Of a stretch of DNA of 46,909 nt, positions 1 through 11,989 are shown piece by piece. Each line of letters opens with the position of its first letter. Within the stretch, counting starts at the first letter, position 1. Where the stretch lies: contig NC_068987.1 of the NCBI RefSeq assembly GCF_001194135.2, forward strand, positions 85,969,199 through 86,016,107, written 5' to 3'. The DNA is from Octopus bimaculoides (Eukaryota). The translations under genes were made by a program, and so were the position numbers. The notes beneath the pieces were generated by a model. That model ran no database searches and was not told where the DNA came from. It was given only the letters and a program-made list of their open reading frames with translations.

Positions 1-65
1 ATATATATATATATATATATATATAATAAATCTCTGAGCGAGGTGTAAACTGTTGCAGCACGATG

Positions 66-254
66 CTACTGTAGGTTGTAGCCCCAGGAAAACATATCCT
101 CCAGTTGGTTATTGACACACTATCTGTGCCCTATCAGTATTTCCAGAGGGAAGTCATTGTTCTCCACTTTCCGTTGCTAATACTGATAGTGTACAGATAG
201 TGTTTCAATAGCTAGATGGAGGAGATGTCTTCCTGGGGCTACAAGCTACAGTAG
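66..254. mobile_element. Foldback/MITE-like element with 76-bp imperfect terminal inverted repeats
   Basis: 66-141 (CTACTGTAGGTTGTAGCCCCAGGAAAACATATCCTCC...CTATCAGTATT) is the near reverse complement of 179-254. The spacer is 37 bp. No TSD seen. Confidence 0.7.
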
Positions 255-450
255 TCTCGATCCTTAAGGGTTAGACACACTAAGGTGGCAAATATACTTC
301 ACGATATATATACGTAATTAGTCTACTTTTTATTTGTTACAGTATTTTGATGGCGGCCATACTAGAATATCACTTGCGTGTGTTTCTGCGTATGTGAGTC
401 TGTGCGTGCGCGCGTTGTTTGTGTGTGTCTGTGCCTGTGCGTGTGTGAGT

Positions 451-610
451 ATACGACCGGCTTCTTTCAGTTTCTGGCTACCATATTCACTCACAAGGCT
501 ATTGTCAAACCAAGTTTATATTAGAAGACACTTGCCCAAGATGCCACGCAGAGGAAGTGAACCACATGGTTGATAAGCAAGCTACGTACCACACAGTCAC
601 TCCTGCACCT
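451..610 (-). mobile_element. tRNA-derived SINE, family A, 5' half (octopus-type SINE)
   Basis: Same head/core as the copies at 1105-1765 and 26991-27403 (TTTCAGTTTC...ACTCACAAGGC...GAAGACACTTGCCCAAG...AGCTAC.TACCACACAG.CACTCCTGC). Confidence 0.8.
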
Positions 611-626
611 ATATACGTATATATAC

Positions 627-911
627 ATAAATTGGAAATGTAAAAATAAAAACAAAACACAAAGGATTCTGCGGTACACGTGTTTCAAGCTTTATAGTTG
701 TTACATCAGTATATAATTGATAGTATAAAGCTATCTTCAGCCGCAAAAAGGAGGAGGAAAGATGAGATATAAAAGGTGAGGAACCTCACCTTTGCGGCTG
801 AAGATAGCTTTATACTATCAATTATATACTGATGTAACAACTATAAAGCTTGAAACACGTGTACCGCAGAATCCTTTGTGTTTTGTTTTTATTTTTACAT
901 TTCCAATTTAT
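627..911. mobile_element. Penelope-type inverted repeat: perfect 121-bp arms with a hammerhead-like core on each strand
   Basis: 627-747 is the exact reverse complement of 791-911. An internal hairpin AAAGGTGAGG-AA-CCTCACCTTT sits in the spacer. A 15-bp direct repeat TACGTATATATACAT lies at 614-628 and 988-1002. Confidence 0.75.
793..868 (+). ncRNA. Minimal type I hammerhead ribozyme-like motif (mirror copy on the - strand at about 670-745)
   Basis: Stem I TGCGG(793-797)/CCGCA(864-868). CTGAAGA box 798-804. Stem II AGCTTTATA/TATAAAGCT. GAAAC 852-856. Palindromic stem III ACACGTGT. GTA cleavage triplet 861-863. The 10.1-11.1 position is a U-U mismatch. Confidence 0.65.
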
Positions 912-1104
912 ACATTCACCCCGACCACGAGCTGGCATACACAGGTGCTTACAATTATCAAGTATTACCTCTAACATTTACTTGACCTACGTATATATAC
1001 ATGTGAGCGTTGATTTGTGGTTTTGATTCAATTTGGAGTTAGCTCATCATTAATTCAATCAATTGTTTAGATTTAAAAAACATCACTTGAAATCGGTGTA
1101 TACA

Positions 1105-1316
1105 CTTTTACTCTTTTACTTGTTTCAGTCATTTGAGTGCGGCCATGCTGGAGCGCCACCTTTAGTCGAACAAATTGACTCCAGGAGTTATTTTTTGTAA
1201 GCCTAGTATTTATTCTATCGGTCACTTTTGCCGAATCGTTAAGTTACGGGGACGTAAACACACCAGCATCGGTTGTCAAGCGATGTTGGGGGACAAACAC
1301 AGACACACAAACATAT

Positions 1317-1353
<37 letters not shown>

Positions 1354-1765
1354 NNNNNNNNNNNNNNNNNNNNNNNNNNNNNNNNNNNNNNNNNNNNNNN
1401 NNNNNNNNNNNNNNNNNNNNNNNNNNNNNNNNNNNNNNNNNNNNNNNNNNNNNNNNNNNNNNNNNNNNNNNNNNNNNNNNNNNNNNNNNNNNNNNNNNNN
1501 NNNNNNNNNNNNNNNNNNNNNNNNNNNNNNNNNNNNNNNNNNNNNNNNNNNNNNNNNNNNNNNNNNNNNNNNNNNNNNNNNNNNNNNNNNNNNNNNNNNN
1601 TATATAGGCTTCTTTCAGTTTCCGTCGACCAAATCCACTCACAAAGCTTTGGTCGGACCGAAGCTATAGTAGAAGACAGTTGCGCAATGTGCCACGCAGT
1701 GGGACTGAACCCGGAACCATGTGGTTGGTAAGCCAGCTACTTACCACACAGCCACTCCTGCGCCT
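1105..1765 (-). mobile_element. tRNA-derived SINE, family A, near full length (internal microsatellite contains an N-gap)
   Basis: Tail CTTTTACTCTTTTACTTGTTTCAGTCATTTGAGTGCGGCCATGCTGGAGC. Head ends ...CCACACAGCCACTCCTGCGCCT. Colinear with 26991-27403. Confidence 0.9.
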
Positions 1766-1782
1766 AGTTGTTATTGTGTATG

Positions 1783-1831
<49 letters not shown>

Positions 1832-2408
1832 ATGGAGAGAGAAGATTATCAGAAAATGGATTGTACGTCTTTCTTCATACTAAATCACCACAATTGTTTA
1901 CACACAACGGTACACACGAAGTACATTCCTGAAATGATATGATTAACATATTGTGCAATAACCACCATCCGATGGAGAGTTTTAAAACAGTATATAGACA
2001 GATACAAGCATAGACACACACACACGCACACATACATACATACATACATACATACATACATACATACATACATACATGCAAGTATGTAAGTATACATCCA
2101 TACATTCATGCGTGTATATATATATATATATATATATATACATACACACACGTATATTGTATATATATATANNNNNNNNNNNNNNNNNNNNNNNNNNNNN
2201 NNNNNNNNNNNNNNNNNNNNNNNNNNNNNNNNNNNNNNNNNNNNNNNNNNNNNNNNNNNNNNNNNNNNNNNNNNNNNNNNNNNNNNNNNNNNNNNNNNNN
2301 NNNNNNNNNNNNNNNNNNNNNNNNNNNNNNNNNNNNNNNNNNNNNNNNNNNNNNNNNNNNNNNNNNNNNNNNNNNNNNNNNNNNNNNNNNNNNNNNNNNN
2401 NNNNNNNN

Positions 2409-2447
<39 letters not shown>

Positions 2448-3289
2448 CTGTATGTGAAAATAGGCATTTAAACTTACAGAAAACATTTGCCTGCTTGATA
2501 TGCAACTCTGCAGGAAAATGACACATTGTCACTGCCATATTGAAAGTATATTTTTTGAAAATAAACTCGTGTTCCATAGAGAATTACGTATACACAGGCA
2601 CATAAACAATACACAGACACATGTGTATGTCTATAAATATGCATGTATAAACAAGGAAAGAGATAAAAACGAAATAAATAGCAAGATACACATACACATA
2701 CCCATATATATATACCTGTGTACATGAGGATTTTCTCTGTATCTGAAATTTATACATTTTAAAAATTGGAAAACTAGTTGCCTTAAGAATTTCTTTCGAT
2801 TCACACGAGTAGAATTTAAAATCAAATATTCTTTTGTCGAAAAACATTCGATTCCATATTATTTTCCGCTCATCGCAGAAATTTTCCAAACTGTTCCATT
2901 CCATTATCATCATTTGAATTTCATATATATGTACGTACGTTGTTTGTTTTTAATGTTTGTGTATGTATGTGCGTCTTTGAGTGATAAAATGTTTGCTCCC
3001 AAACCACATTGTTCCATGTTCAATACCACTTCGTGATACATTGGGCAGGTATTTTGTATTATAGCTCCGGATCGACTAAAAGTTTTGTGAGTGGATATGG
3101 TAGGAAGAAAATGAAAGAAGCATGTTGTATATGCATGCATGTGTATTGTGTGTGTGTGTTTTGGTGTGTAGATATGTGGATGTGTATGTGTGGCTATGTG
3201 AGTCTAAGTGTGTGTGTCTTTGTGTCCGTATTTGTCCGAGGTAGCCGAGAACAAACACGATACTTATGTGATTATATTCCAGTTACTTA

Positions 3290-3645
<356 letters not shown>

Positions 3646-4430
3646 CATACATACATACACATACCGTATGCATTGAGTTCAAATCTTCTCTATTCATTAT
3701 TACAAATTATAGGACTCAATGCCAGTAAAGGCCAGGTGTTCCAGATTCCATTTCTACGGATCCTCAAAAGATGATTTGGCGTAGCTCCTTATATTAGAAA
3801 CGAGTCGACAATTCTGGTTCATGCATCGCTTCTTACCATAACATGAAATATACATATAAACGGATATTCTCACACATAAACTCACAGACATAAGTACGCG
3901 TGTGTGTGTGTGTGTGTGTGTGTGCGTGCGCGCGCTCGCGAGTGAGTGTGTGTGTGTACATATATCCCATTCATCCATTTCCATATATATATNNNNNNNN
4001 NNNNNNNNNNNNNNNNNNNNNNNNNNNNNNNNNNNNNNNNTATATATATACGTCCAAACATCCATGCAGAATTTCTTCCTGTTATTGACTAAATTCCAAT
4101 GGAGTGCCTTTGTTTGCGAAGAAAGGCCGAGTTTAAATTTACGAAACAAAGCCAGAAATGTACATACATCCATACCGACATGATTAACACATACACATAC
4201 ATGCACGTATGCATGCATGAAACTTATAAATATACATACACAGTGTTGCAATCGAAGGTACGTTTCGTGTTGTGAGAAAGCATCTGCGTCTTATTCCGTT
4301 CCTAATCTTCAATATTTCTGTATAAATAAGTGAAAGGCGATTTGTTTGTTCACATATTTGTACTTCTATTTTAACCACAGCAAACTATTGTTATTCTCAA
4401 AATCGTCTTTATCGCTTAATAATCAATATT

Positions 4431-4794
4431 CTTTTATTCTTTTACTTGTTTCAGTCATTTTATTGCGGCCATGCTGGAGCACCGCTTTTAGTCGAACAAA
4501 TCGACCCCTGGACTTATTCTTTGCAAGCCTCGTACTTATTCTTTTCTTGTTTTATTTTTTGGCCGAACCGCTAAGTTACGGGGACGTGAACACACCAACA
4601 TCGGTTCTCAAGCGATCGTAGGGTTATAAACACAGAAGCACACACACACATATATGATGGGCTTTTTTCAGTTTCCGTCTACCAAATCCACTCACAATGC
4701 TCTGGTCGGGCCGAGGCTATAGTAGAAGACACTTGCCCAAGGTGCCACACAGCTAGACTGTGGTTGATAAGCAAGCTACTTACCACACAACCAC
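4431..4794 (-). mobile_element. tRNA-derived SINE, family A
   Basis: Colinear with the other family A copies, with a short internal microsatellite. Confidence 0.9.
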
Positions 4795-5243
4795 GGATTT
4801 TCTTTTTTAAGGCGCAAGCGCAGTTACAGACATCATTGTATACAGGAGCTGACACAAATCCACGGACGTTATTCTGATCATTTGCACTTCGTCCTATTTT
4901 CTTTTATGTGCTTCTTTCTTGAATCGACAGACTTCCCTGAATATTTTAGCGATGATGATGACGATGAAGTTTTTTTTTGTTTTGTTTTCATTATTCCCTA
5001 TCGGTAAACACATGATGACCCCCATTATCTCTCGATTTGTCTTCATTTACCCTTTTTCCTGTTTCCCCTCTCTCTTTCTGCTTCCTTTTTTTAAATATCT
5101 TATTCGATTTGTTCAAAATGGTTTCTTGGCGCAAGACACAATAATGGACTTTGAATTTGACTGAACTTACCACCCCCACCCACACTGTTTAAAATTTGTG
5201 CTGCTCTTAGCGTTAACCGACACGTGAACACTTCTAATAATAA

Positions 5244-5259
5244 TGATGGTGATGGCAAT

Positions 5260-5300
<41 letters not shown>

Positions 5301-5360
5301 TGATGATGATGATGATGATTGTCATTATCATCATCATCATCATCATCATCACCACCATGA
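5244..5360. repeat. Compound trinucleotide microsatellite (GAT/GAC)n-(CAT)n
   Basis: Direct reading. It generates the poly-D/poly-H ORF artefacts. Confidence 0.9.
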
Positions 5361-5549
5361 TTATGCTTTACTTACTCTGCAGTCAACTTGCTTAACATCT
5401 TTCTTTCTTTTTGAATTAATTTGCTGAAGCAGTAGACTTTCCCCAATTGTTTCAATGACGGTGCTGATGACGTTTTTGTTTTTGTGGTTGTTGCTGTCGC
5501 TGCTATTTCGATGTGTTGTCTCTTACACTTCGATAACAAACACACACAC

Positions 5550-5582
<33 letters not shown>

Positions 5583-5964
5583 GATGTTGACCATTTTTCT
5601 TTCGAATTGTCTCCTCTCTCTTCCTGCTTATTTTATTCACTTATCTATTGATTTGTGGTAAACATTTGTTTTCGAAAAACAATCAATGGTAAACATTAGA
5701 TTCGACTACACCTACAGGAAGAGATATTTCCGCTTCTCACTGCCACTGAATCACCCACATACTATAACTCTATACTAAATATTTTCCCCTCTTCGTCGCT
5801 ACTAGCATACGTAGGACTTTGCCGGTGCAATTTCTCCAAGAATCCTCATTATAACCCCGNNNNNNNNNNNNNNNNNNNNNNNNNNNNNNNNNNNNNNNNN
5901 NNNNNNNNNNNNNNNNNNNNNNNNNNNNNNNNNNNNNNNNNNNNNNNNNNNNNNNNNNNNNNNN

Positions 5965-6002
<38 letters not shown>

Positions 6003-6269
6003 TGTGCTCAGAATTAGCCGGCACAGAGGAGGAGAGAAAATAGTAATTCAGTGAAGGAGAAGTAGTGAGAGTAATAGCCCTTACTGAGAAGAAGTCAGAG
6101 AAAGTAATTGCAGTGAGGGAAAGGATAGATGAATAAAGAAGGAAGGAGTTTTTTTTTTAAATCAGCGTTTCAACTTTGTGTAAGTATATGTGTGTGATTA
6201 CTATGTAGCTTATTTTGGACCTTATTTATATATAAAATATTACAATTAGCCGTATTTATTGACGGCACG

Positions 6270-6602
6270 TGGTCACCTAGTGAATAATGTGACAGTTTTA
6301 ACTGTCAAAAACAAATGAATGAAGCTGTACTGTCATAGAATATGCAATACGCTGTGAGGGATTACCAATAGAGTAAATACCAAACAAATAAGAAATATCA
6401 AGAACTAACCAGAGATGAAGGCATTCTGGAAACTAAGGCAGTTGTTACTGTTGTAAATGGTGCACACTGCTACCGAAGAGGCTGAAGGAATTCAAAAGTG
6501 GGATTCGGATTGTTGACAATTCGGATTGTTAACAATTCGGACTGTTGACAAAAGTGCAATATTATATCCTGTAAGAATACGAAGAAAGGTTCTTGAATTT
6601 TA
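6270..6602 (+). mobile_element. RLE-type (R4/Dong-like) non-LTR retrotransposon relic, C-terminal endonuclease end
   Basis: Decayed CTVIEYAI, ...KYQEL..., VVTVVNGA and terminal KSAILYPVRIRRKVLEF*. This resembles the QKSALLGTARILRKVL end motif of R4-like ORFs. Confidence 0.55.
6504..6551. repeat. 16-bp tandem repeat x3 (TTCGGATTGTTGACAA)
   Basis: Units start at 6504, 6520 and 6536. Confidence 0.85.
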
Positions 6603-6689
6603 AGATTTGTTACCACCAGACATCAAGATAATTACCCTACTAAACAAATTATCATCTAATACATGAATAACAACAAAATATAACAACTG

Positions 6690-7830
6690 CAATATTAATA
6701 ATACTCCTTTCTAAATAGATGATTTGAATCTTTACAGAGCTATCAGAAGTTGTTTTGATTCCCTTATCCTGTCCGTATAAAATTTCTCTCAAGATATCCA
6801 GATGGCATTTGAAGTAAGGAAATACGATAGTCGTGAACTGAGGAGAGTGCGAAAAGTAGAGAGCAATGGAGTAAACCTTTCAGATGATGACGAGATGAGA
6901 GAAGTTACGGGGTAGGGTTAAAATTAATTTGGTTTTATAGAATTAGGCCAGACGATGAAAACTGAGATGAATAGGAATATTGCAGCTGCACGGTGTGAGA
7001 AAGTGATCAGTGACAATGGTATGCTCCAGGAGTAAAATATGAGGGCGAATAGAGAAAATATTATCAAGAGGAAAGAGGAAGTCCTACACGTAGAATTTTT
7101 CCAACAAACATCAGATGAAACTGAGGAAGACTCCTGGAGACTTATAACAGGGTCATATAAAGAAGGAAACAGGAGTGGTTCTTGCTGCTCAAGAACAAGC
7201 TTTAAGAACCAACTAAAGAGTAGCATTGATATGAGAGGTGTATCAGGTTTGTGTAGACTAGGTGGAGAGACATCTGAAATGATTATCGGATGCACAAACG
7301 CAGCTGAAAAGGAGTACAAAAATGCTACAACAAAGTGGAATTTTTGTACGCATTGGGAGATATCCAAAAGTATGAGCTAGAAAATGCCAACAAGTACTTT
7401 TGGCAGAAACCTTTGCTAGTAACCGAAGATGATCGAGTGAATCTCACACTGGATATGCCAATAAATATAGACAACAAGCTGAAATATAACCGAGCAGATA
7501 TCACTGTCCTAATGAAGGAGTGAGCAGAATGGATCTTCATCGACGTAGCAATACCTGTAGACCAGAATATTGTGAAGTCAGAGTTCGAGAAGGTCGGGAA
7601 ACGCCGATTGTATGCGGAAAGGATTGTATGTGAAAAGAATCCATAGAGCCTCAAAAGTTAGTGTGGTGCCTTCTGGGATCGGAGTATTTGGGACCATCTC
7701 AATGAGAGAAATTCTCACATCAAAAGCTGCAAATACCAAACATCATAGGAAGTATTTAGTTGGCAGCAATATTTGGAACAAGTCATGGGTCGAGAAAAGT
7801 ATTACGTCTCAGGGTTGCGGGTTGGAACTG
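6690..7830 (+). mobile_element. RLE-type (R4/Dong-like) non-LTR retrotransposon relic: RT C-terminus, CCHC knuckle, PD-(D/E)xK endonuclease
   Basis: IDDLNLY (RT motif, 6715). FSQDIQMAFEVRK (cf. FSxDIxMxFGxxKC). LCRL..TSEMIIGC (7249). HW. NRADI (7488) and FIDVAIPVD (7536). VVP.GIGVFGTI. AAIFGTSHGSRKVL. Multiple stops and frameshifts. Confidence 0.75.
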
Positions 7831-7869
7831 AGTCGTGACATAGATAAATCAAAAGAATTTACGAGAATA

Positions 7870-8042
7870 AATTCTAGTCGATTACATCAACTCCAGTGTT
7901 CAATTATTGCTTATTTTATCGACACCAAAAGGATGAAAGTCAAAGTCGACCTGGACGGAATTTGTACTCAGAACGTAGCGACGAGCGAAATACCGCTAAG
8001 CATTTCGTCCGGCGTACTAACGATTCTGCCAGCTCACCGCCT
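7870..8042 (-). mobile_element. tRNA-derived SINE, family B
   Basis: Reverse complement begins GGCGGTGAGCTGGCAGAATCGTTAGTACGCCGGACGAAATGCTTAGCGGTATTTCG, with a B-box-like motif and GTCGACTTTGACTTTCATCC core. Confidence 0.9.
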
Positions 8043-8083
8043 TCAAATATAATAATAATAATTATTATTATAATAATAATAAG

Positions 8084-8248
8084 CCTTTCTACTATAGGCA
8101 CAAGATCTGAAATTTGGTGGGAGGGAGAAAGTCGATTGCATTGACCCCAGCGTTTCACTGGTGCTTAATTTATCGAACCCGAAAGGATGAAATGCAAACT
8201 CTACCTCAGCGGAGTTTGAACAAAGAACGTGAAATTAGACGAAGTGTC
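8084..8248 (-). mobile_element. tRNA-derived SINE, family B (3' part)
   Basis: CTTTCTACTATAGGCACAAG...CGAAAGGATGAAA...GTTTGAAC. Follows an (AAT)n tract. Confidence 0.8.
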
Positions 8249-8874
8249 TGGACTTCAAATCAGAACTTAAGGAAATGAATAAATACCACAAAGTATCCTA
8301 CACATCTTTCCGTGCCAGCTTCTGCAGGTATATTGAATTGTATGAACAATACACAGTGCATTTCATTGATGTTCGTTTATAGCCTGAATAATATGAATTT
8401 TCTTCTAAAGTGAATTATTTCGCAAACCTTTTTCGCAGTTACACAGAATTATAATTTCAGACTACGATTTTCACTGAGAAACATTGAGTGGAAATGTAAC
8501 TCAATACAGCTATGTCTTTATCACAAATGCCCTCAGTAAATTGCAAAGCAGTGCATTTGTTTTACCAGTGTGCATACAAACACAATAGAATCAAGTGCAA
8601 ATTAGCGTCTCTTTCCTTGCAAATCTATACAACGTGCAGTTTTTAACAATATATTTTGAGGTGAAAACGAAATGAAACTCAGAACAATATAGTTTGTTCA
8701 GTTAACTCATTAGAAAAATGCTATGGGGCTACTTATGATAATTGCTGCCTGGGTTTTTAAGAATATCTTTCTACTATATAAATTTCCGTCTTTGTTGAAC
8801 TGTTTAAATGAATTCACCTGGAATATATTTTGACTCACGTTAAAATATAATGATGGATGGATAAGATATAAATT

Positions 8875-9155
8875 TTATCCATTCATTCATCGATTCATTT
8901 TCTCAGCTTGCTAATCCTGATTAGATCATGGGTGGGAGGCAGGGTAGTGTCCTCTAGCATAACCTGCATGGGGTCCTATTAGAAGCAACCGTTGTAACAC
9001 TTCCATTCTGGAATCCTAAACGTAACCAACTGAAATTTTGAATATTGTTCAACCATTTTATAAGTGGTCTATACCTAGGCCTCCTACCTGTTGGCTTAAC
9101 TTGAACAACCTATATTGTGATACTTGTGATATTCTCAACACATGTCTGTAGTACT
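8875..9155 (-). mobile_element. RTE-clade LINE ORF2 3' end relic
   Basis: The minus strand reads YRHVLRISQ ... TGRRPRYRPLIKWLNNIQNFSWLRLG...VASNR (cf. GHVLRM...GKRPRGRPRTRWxDNI...A.DR), then a (GAAT/GGAT) tail. Confidence 0.65.
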
Positions 9156-9912
9156 GCACATGTGAGAAGACCCAATCCTGCAGCTATATAACGGGAATAT
9201 AGCTGAAAATAGTGTCATGTATATATATATANNNNNNNNNNNNNNNNNNNNNNNNNNNNNNNNNNNNNNNNNNNNNNNNNNNNNNNNNNNNNNNNNNNNN
9301 NNNNNNNNNNNNNNNNNNNNNNNNNNNNNNNNNNNNNNNNNNNNNNNNNNNNNNNNNNNNNNTAAATGGTAATTTTTGTCTATCTGTTTATTACCACCTT
9401 ATTGCTTACCCGAGTGAAACAATCTTGAAGAAACTTTGCATACATATCAAACTAACATCCAGTTAAATTATAGGCTGATTGAATTTCAATAAAATTTTAA
9501 AATGAGCCTCCCTAGGAATAACACATCTACTGATATGAATTAAGTAAGGCTTCTATAAGGCTCAACTATGCACTCTTTCATGTAAATAGCGTGGGACGTT
9601 TGTGAGAACAACGCAGCTTTCCAAAAAGATAGCACTTCAGGATGCAGTTCCCGTACGCAGTTCACATTAAGGGCACGATAAACTGCAGGAATCGTGGATA
9701 GAACATGGTACAATGTAATTACCTCTGACCTGGAAGTTGGTTAATCATGAGATTAATTTGATGAATTAAATCGAAATCAACAGAACATCTTAAACATTTT
9801 TATTGCGCAACACGAGGTACAACCACGTTACGATAAGCTACGGCACGCGACAACGCCAGATACAATACGCGGATTGTTTGTCAATGAATTTGTAAATCAT
9901 TCTATTTATCTG

Positions 9913-10429
9913 ATTTATTTTATTCAGATGCATATTCGTTTGTTAAAATAATATGGGGACATTCCTTATTCACCAACTAATCGAATTAATAGTTTGTAAT
10001 ACCTATTTTTAGCAATAAACTATTACCATAAACGACGGGTTGGGCATCAATACGGGAACTGAACAGGAAAAATGATAGGACATGGAACAGTGTAATGGTA
10101 AACGGGAACTGGGAATAATCTCTCTTTCCCGGTATTAGCGGTCAACTCATTTATTTTAGTCAGATGCATATTCGTTTGTTAAAATAATATAGGGACACTC
10201 TCTAATCACCTACTTATTGCATTAAGAGTTTGTAATACCTATCTTTCGCAATATATTTAATGGCGTAATTACACCTAACTGATTCTAAAATTAATATATT
10301 GATATAGGATTGGGGATAGGAATGGGAGCGAAACTAATACGGGAACTGAAAAGGAAATGGGAGAGGACATGAAACAGTGTAATGGGAACAGGAGCCGATT
10401 TTCCGGGTTTTACCGGTTAATTCATCTAG
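9913..10429 (+). repeat. Two diverged head-to-tail units (9913-10148, 10149-10429) with a Helitron-like 3' terminus
   Basis: Both start ATTTATTTTA.TCAGATGCATATTCGTTTGTTAAAATAATAT.GGGACA and share ATACGGGAACTGAA.AGGAAA...GGACATG.AACAGTGTAATGG. Unit 2 ends CCGGGTTTTACCGG-TTAATTCAT-CTAG. Confidence 0.6.
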
Positions 10430-10954
10430 CACAGCATACATTCTGTACATAGTCCCATTGACCGAAGTAATAACGCATTAGATACCACAGAATGCAGTAT
10501 CTGTTCTAATTTGTTGCGCTCAAATTTCGAAACACGCCGAAATCAATCATATCTTTAACTTTTTCGTGTTCGATGAAGGAAAATGCCCGTCCATCGGATT
10601 GGAGGAACTGTTTAAATGTTTGGTAGGGTGTTATGATACACTTTTTCTAAATTTTCGCGATCTGACAGTCAGTTATGCTAAGCTATCGCGACCAAGCTGT
10701 GCTAATGATTATAACGTAGCGAATGAAGTCTAGTGGCAACTGCCGAAACTGAAGAAAAAAGGTGTCCATGCTCGTCTATACATGTGCATGGTCATCCTCG
10801 ACTGACGAACCAGATTGTCTCTAAAATTTCTCCATTACTATGTGTTTACATAAACAGGGAGCATTTTCAATTTTCACCTAAAGAAGCGGACATTAGGCAT
10901 ATTATCAAACCTTTCTATTATAAGCACTCGGGCATAAAGTTTGGGGGAAATTAT

Positions 10955-11098
10955 ATCGATCACCGCATTCCACTGGTACTTTTTTCATTCGATCCCTCAA
11001 GGATCAGAGGCAAAGTCGATTTCGGTGGTACTTGAACTTCGAACGTACACGAAGACAAAAGTACTTTCATTTCCAAACGATTCTGCTACCTGGCCTCT
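10955..11098 (-). mobile_element. tRNA-derived SINE, family B, diverged
   Basis: ACTGGTAC...GGCAAAGTCGA...TTGAACT.CGAACGTA...ACGATTCTGC. Confidence 0.65.
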
Positions 11099-11125
11099 TT
11101 CTTTATACATCTTATTAATATAGTG

Positions 11126-11345
11126 TAAGAAGCCGAAGTGCTAGCACGCCGGTCAAAAAGCTTAGCAGTATTTCGTCCGATTAAGATCTGAGTTCAAACT
11201 ACGCAATGGTCGCATTTGCCATTCAGTCTTTCGGGGTCGATTAAATAAGTACCAGTCAAGCATCAGTCAGGTACCTGGGGGAGGGATCGAACAGATTTCC
11301 GTCCGCCTCTCAAAAAAAAAAAAAAAATGGGCCAAAATTTAAAAA
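11126..11345 (+). mobile_element. tRNA-derived SINE, family B, diverged
   Basis: TAGCACGCCGG...GCTTAGCAGTATTTCGTC...CTGAGTTCAAA...TTTCGGGGTCGAT.AAATAAGTACCAGT...CCAAAATTT. Confidence 0.75.
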
Positions 11346-11654
11346 CATTAATATAGTCTTTGACAAGAAATTAGAATTGCTACATTACCAAGAAAAAAAT
11401 AATGCTCGTATGTCTCTTTATTTGAAAGAAAGTATCAAGTTTAAAAACTAAAATATTTTCAAAACTGTTTTCATTAAGAAATTCGATTTACTGTCAATAA
11501 GAAATTACATTTTGATTGACGTATACTCCATGAAGGCCATTTACGGGCAATATATTTCTAACTTCGGGGAAAATTGAGAGTGGAAACTGTTATAAAAACG
11601 TAATTTTTTCTTTTCTTATTATTTAAAAATATATGAATTAGATTCAATACTGAT

Positions 11655-11826
11655 TTCTAATTTTAGCACTAGGCCAGCAATTTAAGAGAAGAGCGAAAAT
11701 CGATTACATCGATTTAAATATTCAATTGGTACAGTCGGCTGCAGTGTGACTGGAACCCTGAACGTAAAGACGGTCGAAATGCTGCAAGGCCTTTTGCCCA
11801 GCATGTTAACGATTCTGACGGCTCAC
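11655..11826 (-). mobile_element. SINE family B fragments
   Basis: AATTTTAGCACTAGGCCAGCAATT...CGATTACATCGA and GAACGTAAAGACG..CGAAATGC...TAACGATTCTG. Confidence 0.6.
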
Positions 11827-11989
11827 AACCATCATCAGAATTAATGATCCATATTTGCGGAAGCATACAAAATATGAAATTTGTAAATCCATAATTACAC
11901 CAAGAGGCCTTCGTCTACATGCATACATAGGATCGTTCATATATACGTGTGTAAAGATGGATGTATATAATCTGAAAGAATTTTCAGCG

